NCBI RefSeq assembly: GCF_001194135.2
Contig: NC_068983.1
Span: 121,237,446 to 121,301,445, forward strand
DNA length: 64,000 nt
From: Octopus bimaculoides
Taxonomy: Eukaryota
Direction of reading: 5' to 3'
Shown here: one piece after another, positions 52,905 through 64,000 of the stretch
Position numbering within the stretch: the stretch's first letter is position 1
How the letters are laid out: each line of letters opens with the position of its first letter
Translations under genes and position numbers: made by a program
The notes under the pieces: generated by a model
Seen by the model: the letters and a program-made list of their open reading frames with translations, nothing else
Told to the model about the DNA's origin: nothing
The model's database searches: none

Positions 52905-55900
52905 AAGACAGCACAAATAGCATCTAAAATTTGCAACAGCTGTTTCAGTAAAATTCTATTGATCTATTTACAGATTACCTGTTTGAAATTTTTCCCGAAG
53001 GCTGTGAGTTATATGTTATGATGTAATCTATGAATATGTCAATAAAATTCTACTGATAAAGCTGTCTTAAATTTTAAACACCATGTGTATTCTATTTTAT
53101 GCCGGAACCACAAATGGAACCAACCCCACAGTTGGATCTAGGGTCTAAATTAAATTTGGTACTTACGTATCTACAGTATCCTACAAACACTTGATACTTT
53201 CCTTGTTGTTTATCTTACTGTAAATTCTATGTAACCATACTTAGCCATTCTAAGTGTTGATATTATTTGATTCTATTCCATCCTTATAAATATTTCACAC
53301 ACACATATATATATATATATATGTTAAACTAATAATTATATATATATATATAATTATTTTAAGTGACAAAGTCAAAACAAGACTTATCNNNNNNNNNNNN
53401 NNNNNNNNNNNNNNNNNNNNNNNNNNNNNNNNNNNNNNNNNNNNNNNNNNNNNNNNNNNNNNNNNNNNNNNNNNNNNNNNNNNNNNNNTTAAATAATTGT
53501 TAAAATTTCATGACTAACTTACTTTTTGCTGGGGGTTTGTTTTTTGTTCCCCCCACCCTACCTGCCCCCATTTTCCACCCTCAAAAATTCTTTCTAGAAA
53601 ACAAAGTGTTTTTCATCTTTAGTTTTCTCCCTCCCTGAAAATATGAAAACATTATAAAACCAAACTAAAAGTAGAGTTTTTCAGAGTTTGAAAATTCTGA
53701 AATAGATCTTCTGAGTAGTTTTTAAAACATTTTTATTTCCTTAACTTTTTAGGAGTTTCTACTTCAATATTTTATTATCTTTATCTACATATCTCTCCTA
53801 TCATCTACTCTCATCCCTTTCTTCTTTCACCCACTTCCCTTTCTACTTATCATAAATCACTAGAAATTATTTAGTATGTTCCTTTGAAATACCAGAAAAG
53901 AAGAAATCAAAATTTGGTTTTTCTAATTTCTTCTAACTGCAAGTCTGACTCATCTTTTACTAACAAGTGTTTCAGTTGCAGTCACTGTTAAAGATCATAT
54001 CTCATTTTACCTAACAACAAATTAGCTAGAACAAGAAAACAGAAAGAAACCTGTTGCTAAGATTCCTTTTTTATAGCATTGAATTACAGATTCATATTAC
54101 TTTTCTTTCTGCTGAAATTAAAATGGAATGAAATAAACAGTGGTATTTTACATAGTTAGGAAGGACTATTTGGAGCAGTTGATAATTGTTGAAGTTCTCA
54201 AGCTTGAAATCAGCAAGTTAAGATCTTAAAGAAAAAGTTACAAATAGGTATCACTCGTAATGAAGAACACATTAACAGCTCACTTATTTACCTGTCAAAT
54301 AATGGAATTAACTTGCATCTAAGATTGCTAAGTTTCTAGGTTTGGGCAGTATCAAAAATATTTTAGTTTGAATAATCTCCCAATCTGCTGACATTTTGTA
54401 CGGAAACTATTTATGTAACTACTCTGAATATTATCAAATGAATTGGATAATTGTATAAGGTGGTATTTAATTAAAGGCATCTTCTATTTACCTTCAATTT
54501 GAATTCCAAAAGCTGAAGGTTTTTTTTTTTTTTCCACATTTAATTTGCTCTGGATTCCTCATCTTATTAATTGCTGACTGTTTTTTTTTTTTTTTTTTTT
54601 TTTTTTATTCTTCAAAAACTATATATATATTTTTTCAACTTCATTTATTTTAATGTACTCATTTCTGAAATGAAACATGAAATTGATGTTCATCATCTGA
54701 ACAAGTATTCCAGCTTTTACAGCTTCTATCTCATAATATCCTTACTTTCATTCTCTCCTTCCTTGACTCCTCTATACATTCCTATTTAAATCCAGCAGCT
54801 ACCTACATGTTTATCCATACCTCACCACCTACATTCATTATCTTCATTATGTGATATGTCATTATTAACATTTCCCCTTGATCTCTCTCACTCTTCATCT
54901 CTCAGCTGCCATATTCTCCTTCCTCTTTATTTTTCTATTAAGCAGTCAGATTGAGTTGCACAACGCAATGGAAAGAATATAATCTTTTGCCTTCCCATTT
55001 TCTACTGAACCCTTTGTTCTGAACTTGAAATGAGTGAAAAAAAAAATATCCCTTTGTTTACAGCAATGAATCATGAGGACACAGGACAGAAGAATGCAAA
55101 GTCAAATCCTTTTGGCTTTTACTGTTACTTAAAAATAATAACAACCTTCAATAATAAATCAAATGCAATAAAATCCTTCTTTTTGGAGAATTCATAAGAT
55201 TCACACATGAGAAGATCTATCTATACACCTGTAATCTTAGATTTCTCAAATGAAGGTAAAACACGGGTTTGCTGAGAGATTGTGAAAAAAAATTATTTGT
55301 TATTTTTATTTTTTATTAAACTTTTTTCTCTTCTGAATCAATAGATCAGAGATATATAAGAAAATGTGGCTTATGTAAACATCAGCTGCCTTCTTTAGAC
55401 AAGGACTGTGACTACAAATATTAGACCACTTCAGTTATGTTCACTTTAGTGTTAAATTAGACAATAGACACGGTTTGCTTTGTTACTATGTATTATGCAT
55501 TTTCCGCTTGTTTTTTTTTTATTTATTTTTTTTTAGTCATTTCATTGATGACAAAAGCAATAAGTACATACTCAAAGTTTATCACAACAAATATCACCTT
55601 AATTAAACCTGTATTTTATAATGTACTAAAGCGGAGTTCTATTTGTTGACACAACAGAAATATGTAAGTGTTGCTGGGAAAGCAAAACAAACCAGAAAGA
55701 GAAAAAAAATGTAAGAAATATATAGATTTACTTTTGGGTATATTTTTACATAGATTTTAAATATATCTTTCAAAGGATATCAATATATGATATTTCTAAA
55801 TCCCATTTCAGATTTTATGATGTCCCATTCTTTCTTTAAACACTATTCATTTCATAATATAGATACCTTGCTGCATTAATGTTAATTATAAATTACTCAT

Positions 55901-56834
55901 ATTCACACGCGCGCGTGCGCGATAATATATTTATATTCACTTCACCAAATGTTCTGTTATTTTTTATGTGTATGTCTCGCACAATTTCATTTCTTACCCC
56001 AATACAAAATACAATGTCGATAAATAAGTTACTTCATCAACACAGCCAGCAAAATTATTGTAGCTCTAATTAATTACACTTGTAGTGTAATTACAGGTAT
56101 TAAAAAAGACAAATGAAACAATATTTTTCCTATACAGAATTGCCTTTATGATAATAACTGTTATACTGTTGTGAAGATCTTTTTACGTTTTCTTCTTTTG
56201 TTTTTGTATGTTTAACACTTTGCTTCTTGTACGAAGCAATAACTATACAGATTCGTAGTCGATTATCAGGTGTATGAAAACCCACAGCGAAATTTAAATA
56301 TATAAACGAAAATACATTAAGTTATCTCCCTTATATAAATTATAGTAGCCTCCCTTGAACAGTTTTATTAGTTCTGTCTTTTATTCACACTTTTATAAAA
56401 TGCATAATAGCTAGGTTATTATTGCTTAACAGATTTAATATTGCTTCGGACTCAGTTATAGGGAAACTTAACTCTGTTATATCAGGTTTGTCTGAAATGA
56501 ATTTTTACATATGTGATGTTAATGTGTAATATGTCAACAAACAAAGTTTTCAACTAAATAAAGCGAAGACCTACTTGGAATAGACATAACTCATTTTACC
56601 AAAGATGTGAAAATTCTTCTTGAAGCAACACAACTAACCATAATGCTTCAGATGCACTGCAAATAAACTGATAGAATTTCCATAAACCATCCAGTGTTGT
56701 TGTAATAATCAGGTGTTAAGTAGCCACCACTGCTTTATAATTCAAATCAACACTTGAGACATTGTAACTGACTTACCCAGTCCCTCAAAAGTGTTAGTCT
56801 TCTGTCTAAATTAGAAACAATTATCATTATGAGG

Positions 56835-57262
56835 GCAACAAGCTGGCAGAATCGTTATAGTGTAGGAAAGTTACTTTGCAGTATATCATCTAACCCTTTA
56901 CATCCTGAGTTCAAATCACTCTAAGGTCAACTTTGCCTTTTATCTTTTCAGAGCCAATAAAATAAAGTACTAGTCTCTACTGGAGTTGTTGATATTTATC
57001 TATCTCTTCCCCTTCTAAACTGCTGGTCTTGCATTTAGAAAGCATTTGAAAGCAATTAGCTAGCAAAACCATTTGAGTGTCAGAAAACAATGCTTTGCGT
57101 TATTTGTTCTGGCTCTATATATTCTGAGTTCAAATCCTGCCAAGGTCAGCTTTGTCTTTCATCCCTCCAGAATTGATGAAATAAAGTACCAGTGAAAATA
57201 CTGAGATCTATAGTATTGACTTATCTCCCCACTAAAATTTTTTGGCCTTGTGCCTAAATCAA
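56835..57262 (+). mobile_element. Two tandem family B-related SINEs
   Basis: Cores aaggtcaactttgccttttatcttttcagag... and aaggtcagctttgtctttcatccctccagaattgatgaaataaagtaccag. Confidence 0.75.
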
Positions 57263-58169
57263 TACTACTACTGCCATGTCACTGAAAACAATTTTGAGGC
57301 TTTTAAAATAACAACTAGTTAATACTCTCCAGGTTGTCTTTAATTATAATTCCCTGAATATAACTGAGTTTTTCAAAGCTAATAGTAGTTCTTTTATAAT
57401 CTAATAGAATATGAAGACATTTTAAGAGGTGTCTCGTATCTCAGCCAATTATATCTAGGAGGTTGTAGAAGGATAATAAGAGGGCGCACCCTTAAGATAT
57501 CACTGTCATAGGATAATGGACATAAAAAGTAGTCTTTGCATTTTGTACTGTACTAGTGACCTGAAGTTACAAAAGTAGCTCCCTAACTTTTTATCACTGG
57601 GATATATTCTCTCCCAGCAGTTATCATCTTTACAAAACTCTACAAGAAGGAAGGAAAAGAGAAAAATATTTCAGATTAATAAATTAAAATCTTAATATGT
57701 CTGATTGATATAAAAAAACATTGCTATGTGTCCTGTTAAATATACTGATTCCCAATAAACACACACTCCCTTATGTAGCAACCAAAACTAAATAAGAGGC
57801 AATATAAATCCAACTGCTGAGTGAAATAAAACTGACTGCAAACATATTTTACCTGTAAAACATACACTAAAAGCTTTCCTCCTTGTTTAATAAAGATTTT
57901 ACTATTTTTTTCTTCCATTTTTTAAACATTATTTTCATGTGTATCTTTTTATTTTTCTGTTCCATGTTAAGCCTTTTCTTGTCTTGGCTAGACAGGAACA
58001 AATTTTGGGTTCCATGTGTCCTAAAAGGACCATATGTGGACTAACTTTTCATGTTTAACTGGCATGCAAAGCGTCAATGTGTATTGTCATTTTCTTTTTT
58101 TTTTTTTTTGGCATTAAAATTCTTAACTGATAAAAAAAAATTTAAGATATTTTTCTTCTTTATTTTTTA

Positions 58170-58712
58170 TCTTACATCCTTTACGTGTTTCAGTCATTGA
58201 AATGTGGCCATACTGGAGCAGTATCTTAAAGAATTTTAGTCAAATTAACCCTACTGCCTATTTTTTTAAAGTTCAGTACTTATTCTATTTCTTTTGCCAA
58301 ACCACTAACTTATGAGGATGTACACATATCAACACTGGCTGCAAGGCAGGGTAAGAGGTGGGTACAAACAAACACAAACTCCCTCCTCCTGCCCCCCCCC
58401 CCACCAAATACACATATGATGGACTGACTGTCCCATCAAAGACGATGTATTAGTATTCAGCTTTTGCCAAACGACCTGCACAAGTGATTCGTTTATAGTG
58501 ATTAAATGTTTGTGCCACATATTACCTCACTCTCTCCATCGAATCGACATTGTCTGAACAGGTGCGCTGTGTGCCACACATCAGGTGTTGAAGTGATCGC
58601 AAAGCAACATAAGATATGTGTTTTGTTCATGAACACAATGCACCACTAGGAAATGAAATCATGATTTAGCAATTGTGAGTGCAACACCCTAACCACTAAG
58701 CCAAGTGCCCTC
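58170..58712 (-). mobile_element. Old family A SINE 3' part (58170-58400) and C-headed SINE (58535-58712)
   Basis: gtgtttcagtcattgaaatgtggccatactggagca, and accctaaccactaagcc (reverse complement of the tRNA head). Confidence 0.65.
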
Positions 58713-58779
58713 ACACACACACATCTATATATCATCATCATCATTTAACATCGACCTTCCATGCTGGCATGAGTGGGAT

Positions 58780-58829
<50 letters not shown>

Positions 58830-58877
58830 AGCAATGTTAAATCTCTGAACGAGGTATAAACAGTAACTGCATGACAA

Positions 58878-59140
58878 CGTGGAGTATATTTGCCACTTAA
58901 ATGTGGTTAGACCCTAAGGGTGAATGCTAGTGTTGCTTTTAGCCCCAGGAGAACATCTCCTCCAGCTGGCTATTGACACACTTTCTCTGCCCTGTCAGTA
59001 TTTGCAAAGGGAAGTCATCCTTCCCATCGTCAATCTGACATGATATGCACGGACTCAAGTTTCTGGGTATTTACCCTTTGTCAGCAACAGTAGCATTCCC
59101 CCTTAGGGTCTAGCCACATTTAAGTGGCAAATATACTTCA

Positions 59141-59142
<2 letters not shown>
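58878..59142. mobile_element. MITE with ~55-60-bp terminal inverted repeats
   Basis: cgtggagtatatttgccacttaaatgtggttagaccctaagggtgaatgcta versus the reverse complement of the right end: 3 mismatches in 52 nt. Confidence 0.85.
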
Positions 59143-59182
<40 letters not shown>

Positions 59183-59571
59183 NNNNNNNNNNCACATACA
59201 TATACATATATAACAGACTTCTTTTAGTTTCCAACAACTGAATCCACTCATAAGGCTTCAGTTGGCCCTGGGCCAACTTCTCCAAGGTGCCATGAGTGGA
59301 ACTGAACCTAAAACCATGTGATTGGGAAGCAAACTTTTTCCTACACAACCATCACAAAATGAAGTAAGGTTGTGGCATATACAATCAGAGAAGTAATGTG
59401 TGTACAAAGTGACATGTGCAACACAAGCTGTTGTTATTGTACAGCTGAGCAACTTTAAGCCAGCTTATTTCAGCATATAGTTGTGACATAGAAGCAAATC
59501 CATATATGATTCAGTACAGCAAGTATCAGTCAAGGTATGTAAATACTAAGTATGTTAGTTTAAGTAAAGTG

Positions 59572-59862
59572 TAGATGTGGCTTAGTGGATAGGGTATTTG
59601 GCTTATGATCATAAGTTTGATTCCTGGCAGTACATTATGTCCTTGAGCAAGACACTTTATTTCATATTGCTCCAGTCCACTCAGCTGGAAAAAAAATGAG
59701 TTGTACCTGTAATTTAAAGAGTTAGCCTTGTCATATTCTGTATCACACTGAATCTTCATGAGAATTATGTTAAGGGTACATGTGTCTGTGAAGTGCTCAG
59801 CCACTTGTAAGTTTGGTAGTTCAGTTGATCGGATCAATTAGAACCCTCATTGTCATAACTGA
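59572..59862 (+). mobile_element. Family C SINE
   Basis: Homologous to 5534-5850. Confidence 0.85.
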
Positions 59863-60221
59863 AGTAAATAATATTTCATCAACATTTTACTTATGGCCAT
59901 AACATTTTTACTGAAAGTTTACAGGTCTCTTGAACCTTGACCTGTGTGGTTTTCATTTTAAAGACTGTAGCATGTAAAGTGACAGAAAGTCTTTGATAAT
60001 ATGTGAATAAAGAGAATATTTTCTTTACCTGTAGATTTACTCGTAAAAAATTTAATGATCCAGATTTGAATCAGAATCAGAATTGCTGGTTATACTGAAT
60101 AGAGGAATAACGAACTTAAAACAACCGATAATCCTTTATCTGTAAATCTGAAAACCAATATCCTTTTGAGTTCTGGCTATATATAAATGAGAAACCCATT
60201 CTAAATTATCTNNNNNNNNNN

Positions 60222-60263
<42 letters not shown>

Positions 60264-60403
60264 GTCATGGGTAAGGATAAAATGCAAGTATTGTGTTTAT
60301 GTGATTGACAAGCTGAAGTGAAAATAGTATCTAAAGTAAAACATGAGCAAAACTGAACTAGTACTAAAATTATGTCTACCTTCTTGATATATATATATAT
60401 ATA

Positions 60404-60575
60404 CATCATCATCATCATCATCATCATCGTTTAACGTCCGCTTTCCATGCTAGCATGGGTTGGACGATTTGACTGAGGACTGGTGAAACCGGATGGCAAC
60501 ACCAGGCTCCAGTCTGATTTGGCAGAGTTTCTACAGCTGGATGCCCTTCCTAATGCCAACCACTCAGAGAGTGTA
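60404..60575 (-). mobile_element. Short RTE 3'-end retrocopy (family D)
   Basis: Near-identical to 14653-14825. Confidence 0.9.
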
Positions 60576-60584
60576 ACCACTCAT

Positions 60585-60905
60585 ACTCTTTTACTTGTTT
60601 CAGTCATTTGACTACAGCCATGCTGGAGCACNNNNNNNNNNNNNNNNNNNNNNNNNNNNNNNNNNNNNNNNNNNNNNNNNNNNNNNNNNNNNNNNNNNNN
60701 NNNNNNNNNNNNNNNNNNNNNNNNNNNNNNNNNNNNNNNNNNNNNNNNNNNNNNNNNNNNNNNNNNNNNNNNNNNNNNNNNNNNNNNNNNNNNNNNNNNN
60801 NNNNNNNNNGGTTTCTTTTGCTGAACCGCTAAGTTTCGGGGACGTAAACACACCAGCATCGGTTGTCAAGCGATGGAGGGGGGACAAACACAGACATACA
60901 AACCC

Positions 60906-60952
<47 letters not shown>

Positions 60953-61115
60953 TACGACGGGCTTCTTTCAGTTTCCGCCTACCAAATCCACTCACAAGGC
61001 ATTGGTCGGCCCGAGGCTATAGTAGGAGACACTTGCCCAAGGTGCTATGCAGTGGGACTGAACCCGGAACCATGTGGTTGGTAAGCAAGCTACTTACCAC
61101 ACAGCCACTCCTGCG
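60585..61115 (-). mobile_element. Family A SINE (gap inside)
   Basis: Near-identical to 10790-11203 outside the N run. Confidence 0.9.
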
Positions 61116-61819
61116 CATATATGAGATATATTATGAAATGTAAATGAACAAAGCGCTTGGACTAGGGTTTTGTCACCAGGCTCTCCACTTTTAAAGATGT
61201 AATTATACAGTCTTCTGAAATATGAAAAATTCAAAATCCCAAACACTTCCACTTCCAAGGATTATTGACTGTAATTTGAAACAACCACATTGGAGATTGG
61301 AATGACTGATTCACAGAAGACTGATGTTAGTTAAATGGAAACTCAGAAGTTTTTAGATGTATCATTCAAGTAAACTTCCTTATTTACCAGATGCTAACAA
61401 AACAATTTAACTGTATATAGTTTCTTTCTCTCCCACCCCACTTGGCACAAATCTGACAGAGAATTAGGACTTCAGATAAGATAAATATCAAAGAGCAGTT
61501 TGCAGTAGAAGTACCTATGAAATGAAGTCCATGAACCATTCAGCTGACTCACTAAATGTAATCAATAACTACTATTATCTGAATAGTACTGGAGGACATT
61601 GTAATGAAAATATAGTTATTAGAAGTAAAAGTAATTCAGAAAGTCATTATCTCTGTTGAAAGTAAATGGTTTCTCCCAACATGCAAAAAGTAGATTGCAA
61701 GGAACATGTTTAAGAAGTGTGATTCGGCATGGTAGTGAAATATGGACAGATCTGTGAGGACTGTGGAGAAAAATGAGTCAGGTATGAATGTGACCTGTTA
61801 ACTTCTTTAGAATCTAGAA

Positions 61820-62379
61820 CTGTGGTTCTCAACCGTTTTTAACCTATGGACCTGTTCATTACTATTTTACGCTAATGAACCCCCCACCCCTTGCCATTTG
61901 ATGTTTAAAAACTAGTTTTAAAGACACTTCTATCAACATTTCTATTTTACTTTCCACACATTAACTTGTATAGGTTGAATTATATAAAACATTTGAGAAA
62001 GAAATCTAGCTGTTTCTTGCATTAAACACTCTTAAAGCAGTGTTTCTCAATCATTTTTGCCAATTTGATTTCTATTTAACTCTACCAGGCCTCCATAGTC
62101 ATTTGGTATTTTAAAAAGTCCTAATATATTTTTACAATTAGATATTATTAGAAATTGTATTAAAGAATATTAAAATATCTTTTGTACTGCAGAAGTATAA
62201 CTAATTTATTGCACATAAATTTTAACAAGAAATCTTATATAAACCCCTGTTGAGAACCGTTGATCTAAAGGAGAAATTTTTTCATGGACCCTTAATATAC
62301 TATTGTGGGTTCCCAGTTTACTATTTTCCTTGTGTGTATCCACAAAACTTTTATACAGACCCCGGTTGAGAACCACTTG
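61820..62379. mobile_element. hAT/Charlie-like MITE with a related MITE (62038-62262) nested inside
   Basis: Outer TIRs ctgtggttctcaacc / ggttgagaaccacttg with flanks atctagaa / atttagag. Inner TIRs cagtgtttctcaa / gttgagaaccgttg with flanks tcttaaag / atctaaag. Confidence 0.7.
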
Positions 62380-62769
62380 ATTTAGAGCATAAAGGTGTTG
62401 AGAAACTAGCTGGATACCAATGGTACCAGTTAATATGTATAGAAGAGTTGACTTTGCTGGCAAGGACATCTGATGAGAAAGTATAATGAGTGTTGGATGT
62501 AAAAGTTCTGTGTTCTGAAAATAGAAGTTTCTTTGACATAGAAATATCAAAGAAATCATGGCAGAAAATGATGAGGTTAAATCATAGGAAATTAAGTGTC
62601 CAGATCAATACCAGTGCGGAATGCTGTACAATAGACCTGTTCAACTCATGCCAGCATGGAAAATCTACATATAAAGAACAATGAGATACTCTCAATAATT
62701 AAAACCTCATAAAGTAGTAGAAAGATAACAAGGGTCTATTATACAGAAAAGTCCGGAAAAACATTGATT

Positions 62770-62980
62770 TCAAATTTTGGCACAAGGATAGCAATTTGAA
62801 GGGAGGGGGTTAGTCAATTACATTGACCCCAGTGTTCAACTGGTACTTCTTTTATCAACCCTGAAATGATGAAAGGCAAAGTCAATGTCAGTGAAATTTG
62901 GATTCAGAATGTAAAGATGGATGAAATACCACTAAGCATTTTTGCCTGGCATGCTAACAATTCTGCAAGCTTCTTGCCTT
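62770..62980 (-). mobile_element. Family B-related SINE
   Basis: Homologous to 38640-38856. Confidence 0.8.
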
Positions 62981-63324
62981 AGTTTGAAAAAATATTAGTT
63001 CAAAAAATCTCATACACTGTTTGAAAATTTCAGGTACTTGGCAAAACAAAAAAGAGAGAGAAAAAGATTAAAATAAAATAATCTAAACATGAATGTTGTA
63101 AAAATATGTCAACCAAATTCAGTGAAATCCTTAATAATAGCCAAATTCCAGGTGATGGCTACATATCAGATGTGAAGATATGAAAAAACAGGCTTTAAAT
63201 AATGTTGACATATTTTCTCTTAGAAGACATAACTGGTCACTCATTAATAATTGCTCCAGCATAAACAAATACATTGAGAAAGTTTAATGTTGCAGGACTT
63301 TTTAAGAAAAAAAAGCAATATAAA

Positions 63325-63665
63325 AAGTAAAGACCCCCTTTGGTCATGAATGGCCATGGGATTGCACCTAGAAAGTTACCCTCCTAGGTACAAGTTCAGG
63401 CAAGGTTGTTTATGGAAGACCAGCTGTACCCATGCATACCTGCCTCCCCTCTCCATGCCACTGATGTTATCCAAGGGAAAGGCAAAGGAGCCGATACAGC
63501 TTGGCACGAGTGATGTCGCAACTCATTTCTACAGCTGAGTGAACTGAAGCAATGTGAAATAAAGTGTCTTGCTCAAGAACAGAGCACACAGCCCAGTCCA
63601 GGACATCAAAATCACAATCTCACAACTGTAAGCCCGATCCTCGAACCACTGAGCCACAAACCTTC
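63325..63665 (-). mobile_element. SINE with family C head/core and a different tail
   Basis: gcaatgtgaaataaagtgtcttgctcaag core joined to a gaccccctttggtcatgaat... 3' end. Confidence 0.75.
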
Positions 63666-63801
63666 GCTAATATATGATTAATTAAATCTATAAAAAAAAG
63701 ATGTGGGTGTACGTACATATGAATCTGAGGTTATACACAAAGTACAGAGAATGAGCACACATACATAAATATATACACACACACTAAAAATGTATGCTGA
63801 C

Positions 63802-64000
63802 TTAACCCTTTAGAATTCAGATTACTATGTCAAATGTAATGCTTTTTCATTAACAATCATCATCATCATCATCATCATCGTTTAACGTCTGCTTTCCATG
63901 CTAGCATGGGTTGGACGATTTGACTGAGGACTGGTGAAACCGGATGGCAACACCAGGCTCCAATCTGATTTGGCAGAGTTTCTACAGCTGGATGCCCTTC
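63802..64000. mobile_element. MITE M1 5' part interrupted by a family D retrocopy (63856-64000, minus)
   Basis: TTAACCCTTTAG...tgtcaaatgtaatgc, then (CAT)n and the D element running off the window. Confidence 0.85.

Overview
AT-rich, microsatellite-dense animal genomic DNA with assembly gaps. The SINE, RTE and MITE repertoire looks like an octopus/coleoid cephalopod (inference, not searched). The only host-gene content I can support is the 3' end of a conventional protein kinase C gene on the + strand. It is present as TWO homologous, phase-0, stop-containing V5/C-tail exons 16 kb apart: 18944-19105 (HDSRKAENFD...TPTD...FRNFSFVNPFF..., divergent, partly betaII/alpha-like) and 35041-35193 (KSKKDVSNFD...TPTDKLFIMNLDQ...FAGFSYINPEFVISV*, almost identical to vertebrate PKC-betaI). 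Neither is in the ORF track. This mirrors the vertebrate PKC-betaII/betaI alternative last-exon system in order and splice position. The upstream exon has a candidate donor just after its stop and is bracketed by an inverted pair of ~2 kb RTE LINE copies. The rest is intron or intergenic DNA filled with tRNA-derived SINEs, RTE and R4/Dong-type LINE fragments, Penelope-like remnants (one with a minimal hammerhead motif), mariner, hAT and TTAA-type MITEs, a recent ~300 bp inverted duplication, and simple repeats. Most ORFs in the supplied track are microsatellite, gap or antisense artefacts. Repeat boundaries are by eye (about +/-10-20 nt).
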